A stretch of 37,640 nt of DNA from a virus. Taxonomy: Duplodnaviria; Caudoviricetes. Below the pieces are notes generated by a model that saw only the letters and a program-made list of their open reading frames with translations, did not search any database and had not been told where the DNA came from. Shown here in pieces: positions 34,414 through 37,640 of the stretch. The stretch lies in the IMG/VR virus record IMGVR_UViG_3300020045_007473, positions 1 through 37,640 of that record; one strand, 5' to 3'. The translations under genes were made by a program, and so were the position numbers. Position 1 is the stretch's first letter; each line of letters begins with the position of its first letter.

Positions 34414-36356
34414 GTAAACAGTTATTCATATCTGAACAGTTAATGGATTTGTCCAGTGATACTGTTATTGCATTGACTTTACAGATACACGATATAGGCG
34501 ACATCGGGACGCGAAATGGCGATCTTACCAATCGCTTCAAGTTACCATTAACCCAAAACAATCAACGTGTTCTACAGGCTTCTAATGAAGTGCAATCAGG
34601 CAGCGCGAAACCATATCAGAAACTTCCATGTAAACTGGTTGACGATGGTGTGGAAGTTATTCCAAGCGGATACGCTGTTATTGAAAACGCTGACGAATAC
34701 TATAACGTCACAGTGTATAGTGGGAATATTGATTTCTTTGCAGTGATAGAAGATTTAACGCTGCGAGATTTAGACTTTTCAGACCTGAATCATTTGTGGT
34801 CTTTGCAAAACATTGACGATTCACGTGGGAATACTTCAGGATACAAATATCCATTCATTGATTATGGTGCTTTGCCGTTGGATTCGCGACTGGTTAATTG
34901 TTCAGATCTGAGACCTGCTTTGTTTATTAAAACTATTTTGGATAAAATATTCAGTGATGCTGGATTCACTTACAGCGGAGATATTTTTACTGATGATAAA
35001 TTTGCGAAACTACTTTTGCCACACATCGCGAATGACGAGGATAGTGTTTATTACAATAACGAAGCAGAACTTACCACAGGTGACTGGAGAGGTCTTGGTG
35101 CAATTTTTTTAGGATTGGATCCGTATGCCTATTTAACAGCGCAATCAGATGAAGAATGGGGATTTGAAGTTGTTGTCAGGTATGAAATAACGGATTGGGT
35201 AAATGGAAACAGTGTCTTTGAAATGGGAATGGCGAATCAAACATTGGGATCTTGGGATTATTTTGTCAGTCATACGGATGGTCAAGGTGATGGTGAATGG
35301 AGTGTTGATACGACTGGTATCTATGCAACTTTTACTGGATCAGTAGAAAATCATTATCCTTACATCGATGTGAAGGATTGTAAAGTCAGAATCATTGGAG
35401 GTGAAATTACAGGAACAGAACATTCAGGAACAGGGAAGAATTTCTTTGCGCACATTAAGCCGTCACAGTTATACAACACAACAGGAAGCGTGGTTAATTT
35501 ATACGGAACAGTTGGAATTGACATGCTTCCGCAACTGGATTTCAGTACATGGGATTTTGCACGTTCACTTCCAGAGATGACTCAAACGGAATTCATTACT
35601 TCAATCAGCAATATGCTTTGTTTGTTAGTTGAAACTGACAGCTATACAAAAGAACTCTCGTTTGCTACCTTCAACGAAGTAGGGATAAACAAGTATCGCG
35701 CGAAAGATTGGTCTGAAAAACTGGATATGAAAAGTTTGAAACTCCAGTATCGCATGGGGCAATACGGTAGAACTAACTTCTTAAACTACAAAGAAGATTC
35801 CAGTGATGAACAATTACTGCCAACACTTGGACAAGGTTCTTTTGAAGTGAATGATGAAACACTAAACGAGGAAGCAGTTTTATTTGAACTCCCTTTTGCA
35901 GCGACTCGCATGGGAATAAAACTGATGGCATTAAAAGTTCCTGTCATACAAAAGATAAACGAGGATGGCGAGTTTGCAATCAATGTAGAACCACGTATTC
36001 TTTATGACGATACAACAACAACGACAGGTGACAACTTTATTTTAGACGATACGGTTAATCTTGTAACGAGCGCAGCGTTCAGCACGAATGTTCCACTGGC
36101 TTATTTCATAAAGGAAGGCAAAGAAAATAATTTAGGATTTGACGATAGCCTGCTTACAAATTACGAGGAACTTATTTTGGCATTAAACAACTTAAAGAAG
36201 TTAACTGCTAAATTTAATTTAAATCAAAAAGACATTACAGGCTTCAGTCACTTTATTCCAGTTTACATTTCACAGTTGTCATCACATTTTTATGTGAACA
36301 AGATCAGTAACTACAAAGCGAACCAGTTAACAACAGTTGAATTGATACGGATATGA
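34410..36356 (+). CDS. minor tail/baseplate hub protein
   Basis: DI.DI..R...TNRFKLPLT..N; YKYPFIDYG; LRPALFIKTILDKIF; KDWSEKLD; FYVNKISNY...VELIRI. Confidence 0.75.
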   Translation: MSKQLFISEQLMDLSSDTVIALTLQIHDIGDIGTRNGDLTNRFKLPLTQNNQRVLQASNEVQSGSAKPYQKLPCKLVDDGVEVIPSGYAVIENADEYYNVTVYSGNIDFFAVIEDLTLRDLDFSDLNHLWSLQNIDDSRGNTSGYKYPFIDYGALPLDSRLVNCSDLRPALFIKTILDKIFSDAGFTYSGDIFTDDKFAKLLLPHIANDEDSVYYNNEAELTTGDWRGLGAIFLGLDPYAYLTAQSDEEWGFEVVVRYEITDWVNGNSVFEMGMANQTLGSWDYFVSHTDGQGDGEWSVDTTGIYATFTGSVENHYPYIDVKDCKVRIIGGEITGTEHSGTGKNFFAHIKPSQLYNTTGSVVNLYGTVGIDMLPQLDFSTWDFARSLPEMTQTEFITSISNMLCLLVETDSYTKELSFATFNEVGINKYRAKDWSEKLDMKSLKLQYRMGQYGRTNFLNYKEDSSDEQLLPTLGQGSFEVNDETLNEEAVLFELPFAATRMGIKLMALKVPVIQKINEDGEFAINVEPRILYDDTTTTTGDNFILDDTVNLVTSAAFSTNVPLAYFIKEGKENNLGFDDSLLTNYEELILALNNLKKLTAKFNLNQKDITGFSHFIPVYISQLSSHFYVNKISNYKANQLTTVELIRI

Positions 36357-37640
36357 GCGGAGTGATCAGGCAATTTATTTTCAAAGAGGCTGCTGACTGG
36401 GCTGTTTCGCGCACCATACTTCGTGAATGGCAGGCAGGATTAGAAACGGATACTGGAAAATATAAGATAGGAAACAACAGTTCTTTATTCAGTGCGCTTA
36501 GTTATGTAGCAACAGCAGGTGGAGGGGGTGCATTTACAGACTTAACAGATGTCCCAAGTTCATACACTGGTCAGGCATTAAAATTCCTTCGAGTCAATGC
36601 AGGTGAAACAGCTATTGAATTCACCACACTCGCAGGAGGTGGAGATATGCTTTCTACTAACAACCTTTCAGATGTAGCCAACGCTGGAACATCTCGAACA
36701 AACTTAGGAATAGATACCACAGCGAACCAAACGGATTCACTTAATAAAAGATTCGTGACGGACGCGGATTTAACGGTTCTTTCAAATACTTCAAACACGA
36801 ATACAGGCGATGAAACAGCTTCTTCGATAGGTGTTTTAATAAGTGGGGCAGCTGGTTCAGTTCCAACAGGAGCTGACACAATAGCCTTTCAACAGGGGAC
36901 TGTGTTAAATCAAATACAGTTCAGCGCATTATTACCCTATTTAACAGCTACAAAATCGCAATTCAACACCGTATGTTCAGACGGTGATTTTCTTTTCGTT
37001 GGGGATGTAACTCAATACACCGATGAGTTAGCACAGGACGCGGTCGGGGCTATGGTTGACACGACTTTGGTATATGTTGACGCGACACCATTACTGACTC
37101 GCGCAGCGTTGACAGGCGCAATCACAGCAGCGCAGGGGAGTAACACGACAGCACTCGGATCGTTTACAACTGCGCAGATAAACACAGCACTATCAGACAA
37201 TGATATTGCGACACTGGCAGGAGCAGAAAGTTTAACGAATAAAAAACTTGGATCACTTACATCAAATGGATTCGTGAAGACGTCTTCAGGCGATGGAACG
37301 TTGTCCGTTGATACGTCAACATACTTAGTAAATTCATCAACTTCGGGAGTAGGTAATACACCAACATCTTCAACAACTGTATCAATCACTCATAGTCTTG
37401 GAAGAACTCCTGTAATAATAAGGATTCACGCAAAGAGTGGATTTACAAGTAACGCTGCCGCCACGCCAACAACGTCTTCTGACGGCATTTGGAACAGTAG
37501 CGGAAACAGGTGTATCTATCAATCAATAAACGGAACAACAACAATCGCAGCAGCATCCTCAACAACTTTTGCGGTTTACATGGATACAAGTTCAGGGAAT
37601 AATATCTCTGGAATTATTCAAAACGTTGGTGCGACTACAT
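36353..37640 (+). CDS. tail fibre protein (3'-truncated; absent from ORF track)
   Basis: ATGA overlap; open to the window end. Contains GLETDTGKYKIG (Mtd_N/hyaluronidase-N-like), FTDLTDVPSSYTGQA, NNLSDVAN...RTNLGI, SLTNK and ITHSLGRTP modules. Confidence 0.85.
   Translation, partial: MSGVIRQFIFKEAADWAVSRTILREWQAGLETDTGKYKIGNNSSLFSALSYVATAGGGGAFTDLTDVPSSYTGQALKFLRVNAGETAIEFTTLAGGGDMLSTNNLSDVANAGTSRTNLGIDTTANQTDSLNKRFVTDADLTVLSNTSNTNTGDETASSIGVLISGAAGSVPTGADTIAFQQGTVLNQIQFSALLPYLTATKSQFNTVCSDGDFLFVGDVTQYTDELAQDAVGAMVDTTLVYVDATPLLTRAALTGAITAAQGSNTTALGSFTTAQINTALSDNDIATLAGAESLTNKKLGSLTSNGFVKTSSGDGTLSVDTSTYLVNSSTSGVGNTPTSSTTVSITHSLGRTPVIIRIHAKSGFTSNAAATPTTSSDGIWNSSGNRCIYQSINGTTTIAAASSTTFAVYMDTSSGNNISGIIQNVGATT

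Noticed and set aside
906-35983. Many short overlapping or antisense ORFs in the track (e.g. 5941-6742, 9939-10456, 27257-28636, 30066-31286)
   Set aside because: They lie within or across well-supported + strand genes and show no recognisable motifs.
36571-37389. Minus-strand ORFs 36571-36879 and 37012-37389
   Set aside because: Antisense shadows of the open tail-fibre frame on the + strand.
36353-37640. Diversity-generating retroelement suggested by the Mtd_N-like fibre start
   Set aside because: No reverse transcriptase or TR/VR pair in the window; the N-terminal module is generic. Cannot be excluded outside the window.
1-37640. Stop-codon reassignment
   Set aside because: Genes tile densely under the standard code and end in TAA, TGA and TAG; the two breaks are frame changes, not in-frame stops.
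1-37640. tRNA, rRNA, integrase or CI repressor
   Set aside because: None recognised by eye; lifestyle cannot be called from this window.

Overview
This window is about 37.6 kb of a tailed dsDNA phage, most likely siphovirus-like, infecting a Bacteroidota host. Host clues are TAnnTTTG -7 promoter boxes, A-rich leaders without Shine-Dalgarno sequences and a DUF5675-type lysin. Almost all genes are on the + strand. Gene order: 3' end of tape measure; glycosyltransferase/methyltransferase cluster; candidate origin; ClpP-like protease/scaffold; major capsid; tail tube; portal; adaptor; lysis; recombination and replication genes; accessory region; terminase; tail chaperone with a -1 frameshift; tail genes; a tail fibre running off the right edge. 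The main observation is an integron-like cassette array at 22006-24830. It has four attC-like hairpin sites (..YAAC ... GTTR..) separating cassettes whose two ends are complementary. It carries two DNA methyltransferases, has no integrase in the window, and all stem mismatches favour folding of the coding strand. Also notable: an iteron-like plus (AAGAT)6 origin candidate far from the initiator gene, a possible virion-glycosylation cluster, a capsid protein with a hydrophobic leader, and a shared palindromic operator. All protein family calls come from motif recognition by eye; no database search was run.
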